A model generated the notes under the pieces. That model saw nothing but the letters and a program-made list of their open reading frames with translations. It was not told the DNA's origin and ran no database searches. From NCBI GenBank assembly GCA_951406725.2, contig OX597836.1, positions 1,240,001-1,304,000 on the forward strand: a DNA stretch of 64,000 nucleotides, read 5' to 3'. The stretch's first letter is position 1. The number at the start of each line of letters is the position of its first letter. Positions 24,149 through 38,566 of the stretch are shown piece after piece. The position numbers were made by a program, and so were the translations under genes. This DNA comes from Octopus vulgaris. Lineage: Eukaryota.

Positions 24149-25353
24149 GCTGTTCCTGTAGAAACTCTGCAGCTCGTTTCTTTCTGCCTACACCATTAGC
24201 AATAAACATCTTCCCCGTTGCAAATAACATCTCCTGTCGTTTCCCTCGCAATGCTTCGATGCATTTTTCGCAGTTCTCTCTTAAAACTACTGCATTGATT
24301 TAGTAAATAAGTATCGCATAGTTTGCTAATAATTGAAATAAGATTTAAGATGTAATATTTATGCTACTCATTATTGACAGAAAAGGTTCCTCTCTCTCTC
24401 TCTCTCTCTCTCTCTCGGTATCATTAATATTTTTGTTTTGTTGTGCTTTATTTAAATATAAAAATGGCGAAATATTGGCAATTTAATTATTCAATAAATC
24501 ATATGCACGTACAATGTATAATGCATGTATAATGTAATACTAAAATTAGTTGAACTAATTAAAAGAACATCTTATTCATAGAAAATGATTTTTGAAAAAG
24601 AAAAAAAACGAAAAAAAAAACCAAATAAGCTCGGTGCAGTAGGTTATATCGAATTCATAGTTTGCAGAAATTTTCACTCGATCACCATTTGGAAATTGAG
24701 AGAAATAAGCTTTCATAAAATTGAAAACCAAAACTAATTTGCAAGTGAATGCAATCAAAATATCTGCGATCGAATCGATGATGGCAGATGGACTAAATTA
24801 AGATGAAAAACGAAATGGTTGTACTTAAGGGAATAAACCACTTTTTGGAAATTGGCAAAATAAATGTTTAAAAACAAAATTCACGTAATGAAATTGACAC
24901 ATATAAGTCGGGATTTTCGGTGGGAAAACTGAAGGCGGAGAGGAGGGTGCTTTCCTCCGAGAAATATTTCAAAAGATGGTTGACGGTGGTAAAAATAGTT
25001 AGGGTTAATGGACCTATTCTAAGCATCGGCCATGGGAGAGGACTGACGAGATCTGTGGAGCTTTTTGATTGACTTGAGCTGGGGGTCTTTTCTCAATCAC
25101 GAGGACTGCATCGTAGATAAGATGCCTAAGGAGGTTAACCTTTCATCTCATAGCCTTTGTCTTCTCTCATTCTCTCTCTCATCGTTTAAGCAAACCATCA
25201 CACAAATTAAAACCTGTGCGTGTAAAGTTGCCCTCGTATGATGCCCCTGTGTCAAACAAAGAACTCATAATCATCGCCACCACCAACACAGTCAACGACG
25301 ACAACAACAACCAAAATATCATCATCATCACCATCATCATCGTTAGTATTACT

Positions 25354-25703
25354 AAGACAGCGAGTTGAAAGAATCGTTAGTACGCCGGATGAAATGCTTT
25401 GCGGTATTTCGTCTGAGTTCAAATTCCGCCGAAGTCGACTTTACCTTTCATCCTTTCAGGGTCGATAAATCAAGTACCAGTTACGCACTGGGTCCTCTCT
25501 GTGTTTAGCCCTTTGTGGGTTGTAAAGAAATAGAAATAGGTATTTCTTCAGACATTCTATTCGGAGTTCAAATACCACCGGGGTCGTCTTTGTGTGTTAT
25601 CCTGTCGGGGATCGATAAAGTAAATACCAGTCAAACATTGCGGTCGATGTCATCAACTAACCTTATTCCTCAAAATTGCTGGCATCGTGCCAACATTTGA
25701 AAA
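25354..25703 (+). mobile_element. Dimeric/nested SINE (A-tail unit inside an older SINE)
   Basis: Junction AAAGAAATAGAAATA|GGTATT at 25538/25539. The outer head and final tail are diverged and of the old AAATTGCTGGC...TTTGAAA type. Confidence 0.85.
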
Positions 25704-25749
25704 CGTTATTACTGTTTTTGTTGTTGTTGTTGCCGTTGGTGTTGTTGTT

Positions 25750-25756
25750 GTTATTA

Positions 25757-25793
<37 letters not shown>

Positions 25794-25877
25794 CACCATT
25801 ATTATTATTATTATTATCACCATTATTATTATTATTATTATTATTATTATCACCATTATTATTATTATTATTATCAC

Positions 25878-25916
<39 letters not shown>

Positions 25917-25943
25917 CACCATTATTATTATTATTATTATCAC

Positions 25944-26020
<77 letters not shown>
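25750..26020. repeat. (ATT)n tract with repeated ATCACC interruptions (higher-order repeat)
   Basis: ATCACC recurs six times between ATT runs of variable length. Confidence 0.9.
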
Positions 26021-26021
<1 letters not shown>

Positions 26022-26022
26022 G

Positions 26023-26229
26023 GCTGCAGTGAGCTGGTAGAATCGTTCGCACGCCGGGCAAAATGCTTCGCAGCATTTCATCTGTCTTCGTGTTCTGAGT
26101 TCAAATTCCGTCGGGGTCGACTTTGACTTTCATCCTTTTGGGATCGATAAAATAAATACCAGGCGAATACTGGGGTCGATGTAATCAACTCCTACTGAAC
26201 TTGCTGGCCTTGTGGCAGAATTTGAAATC
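26023..26229 (+). mobile_element. SINE monomer (GAGTTCAAATT family, old tail)
   Basis: GAGCTGGTAGAATCGTT head, GAGTTCAAATTCC B box, tail GCTGGCCTTGTGGCAGAATTTGAAA. Confidence 0.85.
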
Positions 26230-27083
26230 TTTATCATTACTATTACTCATTGTAATAATAGTAATATTAGCGGCAGTACAAGTAGTAGTGGAGGTGGTGA
26301 TTTTGGTAGTAGTACTAGTAGTAGCAGCAGCAGTGGTAGTAGAAGTAGTAGTAGTAGTAGTAGTTGTAGTAACAGTTGATGTTATTTCTCAGCTCCCTTC
26401 TTAACTAATTAGCATAAATCGAACTGCGCGTTCGATCGCTTCGAGATCAGATTTCATCTCACACCCTGCGGCGCCGCTCTCGCATCAATCATTTCTTCTT
26501 CTTACGTTATAATGGCTAAAAGAGAATCTTGTAGCATGCACTGAATTGCATCATGGGTACAGTTAGAAGTTGCCTACTTCCAAATTCCATTGTTATCTTT
26601 CCTCTTGTTTATTTTGCTTAAATGTCGGTTGCTCTCCATGAAGTATCGACTTGGCTCTCTCTTCCGCCATTTTGCAGCTTTCTATTCTTCGGTTCCACCA
26701 TTTATTTACATGTGTTTTTGTTTTTTGTTTCGCCGTATATTCGTTCTTTCATCTTTTTGTGCACAGTTTTCATTGGTTCAGATATGGGCTGATCTGTATA
26801 TCTATACACAAGTACAAAGGAGTTTAAGTATATGTGCATATGTGGATATGTGGATATATGTCAGTTAGTCTCAGTTAGTGTAGCTGTCCATAAGTAAATA
26901 AGTGTATGTCAATTTATGCATCTACAAACAGTATGTGTGTATATGTGTGCAGAAACGATAGTGTATATGTATGTGTATATAAATGTAGAATATATACATC
27001 TATAAATGAGTCTCTCTCATCTCTCTTTCTCTCATAATATATATTCTGCCTTTAGGTTGTAAAATTGCGAATTAGCGACCCAT

Positions 27084-27183
<100 letters not shown>

Positions 27184-27291
27184 TGTATATTGATGTATAT
27201 GTATACATATCCATATCCGTATGTATGTATGTATGTATATATATATGTATATTGTTATGTAAATATATGTATGCATATATACATACATATA

Positions 27292-27332
<41 letters not shown>

Positions 27333-27355
27333 CATACATACGGATATGGATATGT

Positions 27356-27398
<43 letters not shown>

Positions 27399-28059
27399 TA
27401 TATATGCATGTGTGTGTATAGGCGTGGCAGCGTTTACGCGAGTGATGTGCGCGCCTGCACATACGTGTATGTGCCCTTATTTAAAAAGTCATGCATACAA
27501 ACAAATATACACACCAATTATATACCAGTAGTTTATTCCCATATGAGCATGTGTATACACACATACATTCATATATATATATATATAGTTATATGCATAT
27601 ATATACATATATATATAGTTATATGCATATATATACATATATATATGTGTGTGTATATATATATGTGCTTGTTCATATTTGCACACACACACTCACACAC
27701 ACAGATATCAAGGACTATTTATATTTGAGTGCATGTATACATCCTTAAATGAATACGTGTGTGTGTGTGGTTGCTTGAATAATGCAAGATAAACGCATCC
27801 ACACTCACCAGCGATAGACATGGAAACATAAACACAATGACTTAACAATGGATTTACGCAAACATTCTCCGACGTAAATTCCCGCGCACATGCATCCACG
27901 CATAAAGACACACACAATGCAGATGATGCTCTACCGAGTTCCCTTCAGGACTGATAATGCAAGATTTCATTATTATTCTCTCACTCTCCAATCTTTCACA
28001 TTTCTCTCCCCCACATAAAGCAAGCTATTATATATATGTATATATATATATATACACAA

Positions 28060-28120
<61 letters not shown>

Positions 28121-28246
28121 AACATATATATATGTATGCGTATATACGTATATATACTCATATATATACTCATATGTATATATGTATGGGTGCATAGAAT
28201 GAGTACGTATTTAGATTCATGCTCACAAAACAGACCCACATATACG

Positions 28247-28295
<49 letters not shown>

Positions 28296-28551
28296 GCGTG
28301 TGTGTGTAGTGTATGGTATTATGTGTTTACGTAGCGTATTGTTTCGTGTTGTACAATAACGATCAAAATCAATTGCACATCCTTTGTTCAATCTTGTCTG
28401 ATGCGAGTCAATTGAATGCTTCAATTTGGTATTGATTGATGGCGACTGGTAGCTGTTGATGACTGGTGGTAGCACCAGGGTCTGCTGCAAAATTTGACTA
28501 ATGGAATATCTATCTATCTATCTATCTATTTATCTATCTCTCCCCCCTCTC

Positions 28552-28584
<33 letters not shown>

Positions 28585-28599
28585 TTATCTATCTCCCCC

Positions 28600-28729
<130 letters not shown>

Positions 28730-29267
28730 TTATCTATATTCTATTTGGATGTGTATCTATGCGTAAGTGAAACATACCAATAGCCACGCTCTGAATGGTT
28801 AAACACCGACGCAAAATTTTGGAAAATTGGATCGGGATCAGATGACATGCGTTCCCTAGTGAGGGCTTGAAGGGCGTGGGTATGGTGGCAAAATGGCGTA
28901 GAGAGAGGGAAGGAAGGAGAGAGAGGTAGAAGGTTGTCGAATTAGAGGGAGGGGCAGCATGCTTGAAGCTATTGGCGAAACGTGTTTGTAGTCGAGATCT
29001 GCATGTAGCTACATGTATTTATATATACTCGCATGCATGTGGCTATTGATTTATTTTGTTTGTGTGTAACGACATACATTCACAGGCGTTCATGCCTCAT
29101 GCAATATCTAACTTGCCGTCGCTTACAAACACTCCAGCCTACACTCATGGGTTAGGTATTGTGTGCGTTTGTGTATGGATGCATGTACGTATGTATGTGT
29201 ATATATATATCTATATATATATATATATATATATGTGTATATATGTATGCATGTATGTATGTATGTA

Positions 29268-29407
<140 letters not shown>

Positions 29408-29614
29408 CACATATATTTATACAGTAGATATAGGTATGTATATATGATTTTATTTTTACAAATGAATGAAAGGAAAGTGCTGAAAAGATGCAACGATATT
29501 CTAGGAACCGGATGAATAATTACATGTATGTTTTTAAATACGCATGCATGAACATGCTCGCACTCACGCACCTATACCCACATATTGACTCGCAAGAAAC
29601 ATGAAAGCGCGCGC

Positions 29615-29653
<39 letters not shown>

Positions 29654-30379
29654 AAACTGCTAATCTATTAAAAACAAATTCACACGTTCTATTGTATTTT
29701 GCACGTGACATAGCTAAACTTCTCAAGCACTCTTTACTTCGATCCCTTTTTGTTCGCCAGTAAAAATATTCTTTGAACCCTTCCTGATATTGTGTAAGTA
29801 ACACACTTTTTTCACCCTTCCAGCACTGACAATATTCTGAAAGTAATCTCGACTAAAAGCAGACAAACTTTTCCTACATTTCACTCCTTAAAATTCTTAT
29901 CCGAAATCTTTTCTGTAAAGAATCTCATCTAAAATACTTTTGAAATCCCAACTGAACTTCTTATAGAAGATTTTTCCCCTTATTTTGCATTCTGCATTTA
30001 CCAACAAACTCTGGTTTCTATAATTTTCAGAATGCATTTGTCTTCTCCTTTGATATCCACTTAATACATTCCTTGTTCTGTTGCCCAACACATTTTGTTT
30101 AAACATGCTGCATTTTGTTTGAACATATTCTCTTCTCTTTTGTTTGGAATGTTTGATGTCCTGCATCGATAATTCCTATCCGAAATATATTTGTAATTAT
30201 CAGTGTTGTCTCAAGAACTGAAGACTGGCCTTTGACAAAGAATAATCTCTGGCCCAATATACAGATTTTGAAAACAAATATTTACTTCTTAAAAAAGAAC
30301 AATTCTGTTCAGAGATGGACCCATCTTGATCAGCAATGCTGAATGTCTAATCTGATGGACAGAACATTCACCGATGGTT

Positions 30380-31400
30380 TTCATTCTCAATTGATGAGAA
30401 TTTTATAGAAGATATCCCGTAGAGTGCCACGTTATTGCGATGTTGGACAATGATATTAACAGAAAGAAAATAGAAGTTATCATTGAACTGTTCGACTCAA
30501 GAGAAGTGCCAGTAATTGATATTATATCAGCGGAGGTTATTAAGTATGGTATGCATGCAATTGGCGATCTTTGGACCTCATTCATTATCGGTCCGTGGAA
30601 TGGTTCACATGCTATGCAGTATTGGAGAGTAGCGAAGCTGATTTCGTTGCAGAAGGGAAAACGCGTCGAGTATCTCGAAAGCTTTTCACGCGGTGAATAG
30701 AAGATGCACAATGAAAGTCTGCTGAGAATTTTATCAAACGCAACTCGTTGATATATCGGGCTCCTCTTTCAGCTTCTATGGTTCTCTGTGGGAGCCAACC
30801 CTTGTGAGTAATGGTGTCCAGCAAGGGACATGCGCATACCGAATTTCTTCCTCATATTTATTCTCCAGACGTAATCTGTTCATGCATCTCACTCATCTTT
30901 GTCCAGCATCACGCAACAGATTAATCTGTTTTATTTTGTTTGAAAGCTAAACTGAAGGCATTTATAACACCCGATCAAAATCTGTTGTATGATGATCACT
31001 GTTCCCTTGAGGCTCATCCAAAAGAAAGTTTTCAATAAATATAAGACTTTTTCTCTCGTGCTTGTACAAATTTTGGATTTATGGCAATCCTGTAGACATC
31101 TTACTAGGCGAGTGGTAATGTTGAGTCAGACTCGATTAAATCTTTAGCATACCTCGGCAGCTCTGTCTCAAGAGACGAGTTGTTAGAATCTAAGATAAAT
31201 TCAAGAGTTGAATAAAAAAAACTTTAATCTTGTTTCGGTTCCTTGAGAAATGAATCTAATAAAAGCGGACTTGAACCTGTCCACTAAGCACTGCATCATA
31301 ACATCGATGCTACACACGCTTGAGATGTGGACGACGTAACGGATAACAGAATGACTTTGTCGAATGACTGCTGCAGACATAGGCCAAACTTCAGTGGGTA
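30380..31400 (+). pseudogene. Highly decayed RTE-clade LINE RT fragments
   Basis: EVPVIDIISAEVIKYG...WRVAKLISLQKGKR (cf. KAPGxDxIPAExIKxG...WRDAxLIxLxKGKR) and AYLGSSVSRD...KINSRV...SMLHTLEMWT (cf. YLGS...LLYxxETWT). Confidence 0.7.
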
Positions 31401-31668
31401 ATATTTGAAACTCGACTCAAAAGAACTAAGGGTGTTCATATAGAATACAGAATTTAGGAAACAACAGAGGGTGAATTAAATTCTCAGAAACGAACTTAGA
31501 TTTTAGAAAGCTTAATTATAAAAGAAAATTATAAGAATATTAACATTGCATAATTATGGCGAGCGGAAAATGAGTGGGGAAATTCCTGATGGGGTCACAG
31601 TTTGTTGACTGCGTTGCGGACGAGATGTACACCATTTTCTTTTTTCTGTCGATGCCATACAATATTAA

Positions 31669-31878
31669 GTTTCAAATTTTGGCACAAGACTAGCAATTTA
31701 GGGGAAGTGACGGCTAGACGATTGCATCGACTCCAGTGTATAACTGGTAGTTGATTTATCGATCCTGAAAGGATGAAAGGTAAAGTCAACATCGGTGGAA
31801 TTTGAACTCAGAACATGAAGACAGACGAAATGCGACTAAACATTTTACCCGGTGGGTTAACAATTCTGCCAGCTCGCC
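31669..31878 (-). mobile_element. SINE monomer (GAGTTCAAATT family) with degenerate TSD
   Basis: Full head-to-tail match; flanks TGCCATACAATATT / TGCCACAGAATATT. Confidence 0.85.
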
Positions 31879-32735
31879 ATTTTGGTGCCACAGAATATTC
31901 AGCTGCCATGAGTTAGGAACTAAGCTTTCGCTCTGGAGGACAGCTTCCTTTGCATATTCTTGTTTTTAACTATTCATCGTTAATTACACTGTATATATAT
32001 ATATATATAGATAGATAGATATGCATGTGTATAAATGTTTGTGCGTGCGTGCGCATATTTATGTATATATGTATAAATACGTATGTGCATATGAGCAAAG
32101 TTATAAGTGTGCTTTCACACACACACACACACACATATGTATATATGTATGTATGTATGTATAGCCATACGAATGTATGAACGATTCTACGTATACGTAA
32201 ATGTGTTTACTCACCTATCGTACTATATTTTACTGAGAGGAATCTACAGATTTCACCAAATTTTCTGATTACTGCACCACAACCACTATCACCACCACCA
32301 CCACCACCACCACCACCACCTCCAACTTCTCCCCTCCTCCTCCTTCTCCTCCTAACCAACATTAATGCTAACACAGATTTTCCAATTTTACAAATACACG
32401 TACAAAAGCACACTCACACATACGCACACACACACTCTCAGGCACACACACACACACACACACAAATAGGAACATATTCAAACGTAGATACGTTTGCTTA
32501 TATGCGTCTATACAAACATATATGCGTGCCTCTATACTTATACACATCCATTCACATACAAATGGGCTCACGCAGATTCATAAGTGTGTGTGTGTGTGTG
32601 TATACATATACATATTTGTGTGCATACAAACGCACACACACACACACATATATATGTATATACACGTATAGATACGTATGTTTGTGTATATAGAAATATA
32701 TATATACATACACGTATATAAAATATGTATATACT

Positions 32736-32766
<31 letters not shown>

Positions 32767-32771
32767 TTATG

Positions 32772-32836
<65 letters not shown>

Positions 32837-32941
32837 ATACAGATATGTATATACATATATGTATAGATATATAAGTATATATATCTCTATCTCTATACAT
32901 ATATATATTATATATGTTTATGTATGTATATACAAACATAC

Positions 32942-33016
<75 letters not shown>

Positions 33017-33689
33017 CATGTAGGTAGATGTAATATATATATATATCTGCACATAGCTACTACTAAACCTCACACTTCTCTCTCAGATGTAGTTACACAT
33101 TAACAATCACTTCAAAAGCTTCATTAAATGAACGAACACAAAAATCTGTTTGACTTCCAAGAAGAAACGGTGTACGTAACATTGATAGACATTGATTCAC
33201 ATTGATAAATCGACAAATAATTTTTAATCATTCTCCAGAAACAACACACACAGTTCAAGACCTTGCATAACAATGAAAGACCTGAGCCGTGCTTGGCCGA
33301 TGCCATCGTTTCATGTGAGAGTCGTCTGCTGTCCTCTGAAGTGTCTACTCTATGTTTTTGTCTCGTGGTCTTTGTTGGTTACGTTCGTCACCGTCTCAAC
33401 ACTTTAGGTGCCTGCTTTAGATGCGTGGATATTTTCTGTTATGAACACCCACCACACCCGTTGTGAGTGTACGGGAAACTGGTGTGGAGGTCTACAATTT
33501 TCACCGAATTTTCTCATTACTGCACCACCCTCTCCTCCTCCTTCCCCTCTTTCTTCTCCTCCTACCGGCAGTTTCAATCAACATTAATACTAACACAGTA
33601 TGTCTGTTAGTAAATTTCTGATAATGTCTAATTGTCAGGTTTCAAGTGCTAGTTTATATGGTACGACAAGAAAAAGCCATCTCGTCAAG

Positions 33690-33956
33690 AGTTAAAGGAA
33701 ATTTGGGCCGTAAACGTTTGTCGTAGGAAAATTCTCGCCGTAATAGAAAAAAAAAATCGAAAAAAAAATCGAATATCTTTTATCTTAAAATGGCAACTTC
33801 ATGAGTTAACCTTCTAATTAGAGAAAGGTAATCTCTTTAAAATGTGTAGTCTTGTTTATAAATGTGTAGTATTGCTTTTGTGCCTCCTTTATGGCGAAAT
33901 TTCCTACGACAAATTTTCTCACGGCAAAAATGTTTAACAAGGAATTTTTCGGACAC
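33690..33956. mobile_element. MITE with sub-repetitive inverted termini (Mutator/Foldback-like)
   Basis: Left GCCGTAAACGTTTGTCGTAGGAAAATTCTCGCCGTAA versus right-arm reverse complement GCCGTGAGAAAATTTGTCGTAGGAAATTTCGCCATAA. The arms are built of ~15-bp YCGTAGGAAAATT units. Confidence 0.65.
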
Positions 33957-34846
33957 TATCCTCGACTCTGATCCATCATCTTATTCATGGATTGGCATGT
34001 CTGGAATACACTAGTAATGTATAAATGTTTGTTCTGCTCTAGTTCCTGAATTTTACTACTTCCGCTTCTTACGTTAGGATGGGGTACCATTGGCTGGAAG
34101 GCCCGTCTGCAGCGGAAACTCTCTGCACACAGTTGTGAATGCAGTGGGTGATGATGCTCAGGTATGCATCGATCGTACGACATCTGTAGAGATTTCCAAA
34201 CATTGAACAAGTGTTGCTATCGTTTGTGAAGTATTAGAGTTCACAAATCATTTCTTTGAGAAGCAATTCCAGATCAAATATAGAGGAAAATCTGGCGTCG
34301 ATTATCTTTTATGAGACAGATATATCTAGTATCAGTCAATAGGTGACTGCTTATATTGGGTTTCTATAGTTAGTTATTAGTAAGTATGAGTGACAAGGTT
34401 CCGTATTGTGCAGTGGGGGAGGCAAGGCTCCGGATCTTGCAAGTTTATTTTGAAAGATTTTCGGGCCATGAACAGTGGGAAACCTGCAGGAATCCCTGAA
34501 ATGGCAGAGCTACTTGAAGCGTTACTGACTCGGGTCAATTCTACACCCAGTCGGGCCCGTCACATATTCAAAATGAGCGACAGAATCGTTTTCCATGTAT
34601 GCGTTCATTAGTGGAGAATTTCATGTTCGTGAAACAATGTGGAGCGGGTGTGATAACCTATGAAGCGGATTCGGCAGTCAGCCGCATCCTACTAAAGACA
34701 GCCCCGAGTGACAGGTAGACTGTTTTCTTTTTTGTGACTACAACGGTGAAACGTTTTATTGTGGACGAATATGAGAAGAGTGAAGACATCATCATGGCTC
34801 CAAGAAAGTTCTGAAGCAATTCAAACAGAGTGAAGATGGAGAGAGT

Positions 34847-34888
<42 letters not shown>

Positions 34889-35427
34889 GAGAGGAGAGGT
34901 TTTGCATGTTTACAAATTTGATAAAGGGAGTGTGCAAGTGTCAAACGTTTAACGTGTTAATGGAAGATCTCAGCTCTATTTGCTGCTACTGCTGCTGGGG
35001 ACAGGAATTGCTACGACAACAAACACCAATACCGACTGAAGGACGCTTACAATAAAGGAACACATACGAAGTCTCTTCATTGTTATTACTCTCAACACAA
35101 GTTGCTATGGCGGTGGAAACATCGAGAAACTGCAGGTTCTCCTTGGCCTTACAACTGATTCGACCCAAATCGCGAAGAATGCTTCCAACCCGTTGTATTG
35201 CGACAAGGAAGACGAATGGAAAGAGTAGAGGGGTTCTGAGGAGGGGACGAGATAGGAAAAGCTAAAAATGTCGAAGGACGATAAACTAAACAGAGCTCAG
35301 GGGCAAACCCCGTAGGGAACATTAATAGTAGGGCTTAGAGGAGAACAACTTCTAAAGAATAACATCAAGGAGAAAAAACGAATGAAAAATGCTGAACATA
35401 AACAAGAGACGCTCTTTACGTGTTGGA

Positions 35428-35511
<84 letters not shown>

Positions 35512-35639
35512 GGGCAAACATTGCTTCCTCGACGAAAATAAAAATAGAAGATTGTCCGTAACAAGCATTCCAACAGTTTTCCAACAGCTAAGACAACATA
35601 CAGTGGAAGATATGAAGCGGGTGGGACAGGGTATCGTGG

Positions 35640-36150
35640 CTGTGCCAGGTGTGAAAATATTGATCTTTTTGTTGTTCTGGAAAGCAGTCATCTCGTTATT
35701 TGGTCAGGGTTGTTTAACGAGCGAACTCTATATGGCTTTTGATTTGGAATGGAGCATGTCAAACGTTAAGGTCCAGTAGTTTGGGATGTTGTCAATGCAA
35801 AGATATTTCCAGTCTCCGAAGCTGTTTAAAGCAAGCTTAAAATCAGTTCATTTGAATACCTCAACAAAATGCTTTCCTTCATTTTTCTATTGCTGCTACC
35901 TTCTTCACCAACCTTCAATCGCTTTTGTTTATACTCAGATTTGTTTGTTTTCAATGGTGGTTTTACAAATACTTCTAATGTTTCGTTGGTAAGTATTTTA
36001 TAAACTTTTCTGCTGTTACTTTCTATTCTACCATACACATATTTACAGATTGTTTTCAAAGGCGTGGTTTTTCACAGTATTGTTTTCCTCCAATACTCAA
36101 ACATTTTCATGTATATTTTCAACGCCATACGTTTTTCGTTCTTGCTTAAA
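35640..36150 (-). pseudogene. Old R4/Dong-clade RT N-terminal fragment
   Basis: IESNSRKVYKIL...FKLALNSFGDWKYLCIDNIPNYW...LNNPDQITR*LL (cf. NQRKFY..., NWKAPGxDxIxNYW, PxxIPxWL). Confidence 0.6.
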
Positions 36151-36721
36151 GCATTCCAATGTTGGCCATCGCCACTGTTTATTCTTTAGGCTGCATTTAA
36201 TCATCTTACGTAACGTATTTTTGTTGATTCATTCTAGAAAGGTTTTATACAGATATTTTGGTTACTTTACGTACTTTAACTACGTCGAATATCTATTCTC
36301 TTCCAAATTTTCTCTTCCATTTATTTATTCTCTGCCGGTATCTTTCTGCCTATTGCAACAATACAATGTTTATATAAGAAATTGTTTAACTGATCACCAG
36401 AAGATGGAAGCATGATGTTGTTACTTGTTATCTCCCTTTGTAAAATGCTGTTAGCGTGTCTCAACCCGCGTCTGTCGTTAAGAGTGGGTCTGTTAACCGG
36501 ATGCTTACGATTCAAAGGAATCACTTGAGTTTATAACAGAGATTTTAGCAAGCTACTAACACAGGTATCACTAGCTTCCTGTCCAACTATTAAACGTGTG
36601 TTCAAATCCCTGAAGCTATACAAAAAGGGTCTGCTGTTACTGTAACACTTCAGATTCTGGAAGTAGTGATCTATCTTATTACCATTGCTGGTATGATAGA
36701 TATCGTGAGATGGATCTAATC

Positions 36722-37049
36722 CAGTGCTACTCAGTGTGGTGGTCAGCGGACCGGCGCCGGTGTGCGAGCCATCAGCTGCCCGTACGCGGCGAGTTTCCAC
36801 AAAAGAAACAAAAAACAGTAATTTCGCCTTATGCACAGCAGTAAACAACTTATCAGCTTATGTAAGATTGTATTATTTGTTTACAAAAGAAATATAAGAT
36901 TTAAAAAAATGTCTACTTTTATTATATTCATTGTAAATATTGTTTCCGGTATAAATTAATATTACTAGGAAATAATATTCCCGGTCCCTGATACATTGGA
37001 AAAAGGACAAGAACGAAATGCCGGTACGCCACATCAGTGAGAAACACTG
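36722..37049. mobile_element. hAT-Charlie-type MITE (328 bp) with 8-bp TSD
   Basis: Termini CAGTGCTACTCA...TGAGAAACACTG. TSD ATCTAATC (36714-36721) / ATTTAATC (37050-37057). CCGG-rich subterminal motifs. Confidence 0.85.
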
Positions 37050-37353
37050 ATTTAATCCACTCAGCCCCACCCTTCAAACTTCAGGCTTTGAGCTTATATT
37101 ATGAACAGCTACAATACAGCAGCCGATGGCGTCATCCCCTGGGGTATCTCTTCACACTAATTGCATTCTGAGTTCAAACCCCGCCTGGATCAGTTTTAAT
37201 TTTTTATTCAGCCAAGAAATTCGAATTGGCACCGACGTGTAATATCGAACGAATTTAAAAAAAAAAATCATCTAAGAGTAATTTGCATATGGTAATAGGT
37301 TTATAAATTTCAACGCTTACACACACACACACATGCACACATACACACACACG

Positions 37354-37427
<74 letters not shown>

Positions 37428-38105
37428 CACGTACATTCAGACTCTCACAGTCACGTACAATCACTTACACATAGCTTCATTTGCATAAATATACACACAA
37501 ACACACACACAAAAATAATCATAATTATAAGCACATACATACGTATACATATACATGCACACATACATATACACATACACACACACACAAACGCATATAT
37601 ATATATACATATTCTTACACAAGCATGCTCGTATGCACATGCACGCATATATGTACATACACACATACACACACACACACTCAAGTACCCGCATACACAC
37701 CCTTATTACTCAACAGACCTTTTGATATTCTTGTATTTATTTATTCGCTTTATGTTATTATTTTAATTATTACAATTAGTTTTGTGAGTTCGGCTTCGAA
37801 ATTCGAAACCTGCAATCGCTCTGCACTTTTAGTCTTGTCACCGTTATCAGGTCACAAGCGAAGAAACTATTGTGCAGAACTGGATGAGGGCTTTCAATGG
37901 AAGAAAATACCCCGGTACATCCGTATTTAGTGTATACATAATGTGCATGTGTGTGTGTTCGTGTTCGTGTGCGTGCTTACTTGCGGGTGAGTGTATTCGG
38001 ATGTGTGTACACATGTATATGTGTTTGTTGAATGTGTCCATGTGTGTACTCACACAAACACACGCACACACACGCACGCACACACACACACACATGCACA
38101 CACGC

Positions 38106-38148
<43 letters not shown>

Positions 38149-38484
38149 AACATATAGAAAATTCAGTTGAATTCGGTACTTAAACTGAGGCACCTCGTTA
38201 GGTCGGAATAACAGACACACATTATGCAAATATCAAACGATTTCTTTACAATAACATTTTCATTAATCAAGGAACTGAGTCGTTAGAAACGGCAGTAATG
38301 GATTGAACCCGTACCTCTACTTTTACATATATATTATATATCTTTCATCCTTTCTTTTATGGGTTTCAGCCAGAGGCTGAGGCCATGCTGGTGCACCACT
38401 GTTATTGCCTCCGGGGATTTTTCCAGTATTGCTTCTGGTATATATATATATATATATATGTATATATTAGATATGTATAGATAT

Positions 38485-38531
<47 letters not shown>

Positions 38532-38566
38532 CATTATTATTATTATTATTAACACACACACATATA

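Noticed and set aside
33960-34450. Possible very old RTE fragment on the minus strand
   Set aside because: Only faint motif echoes; not supportable without an HMM search.
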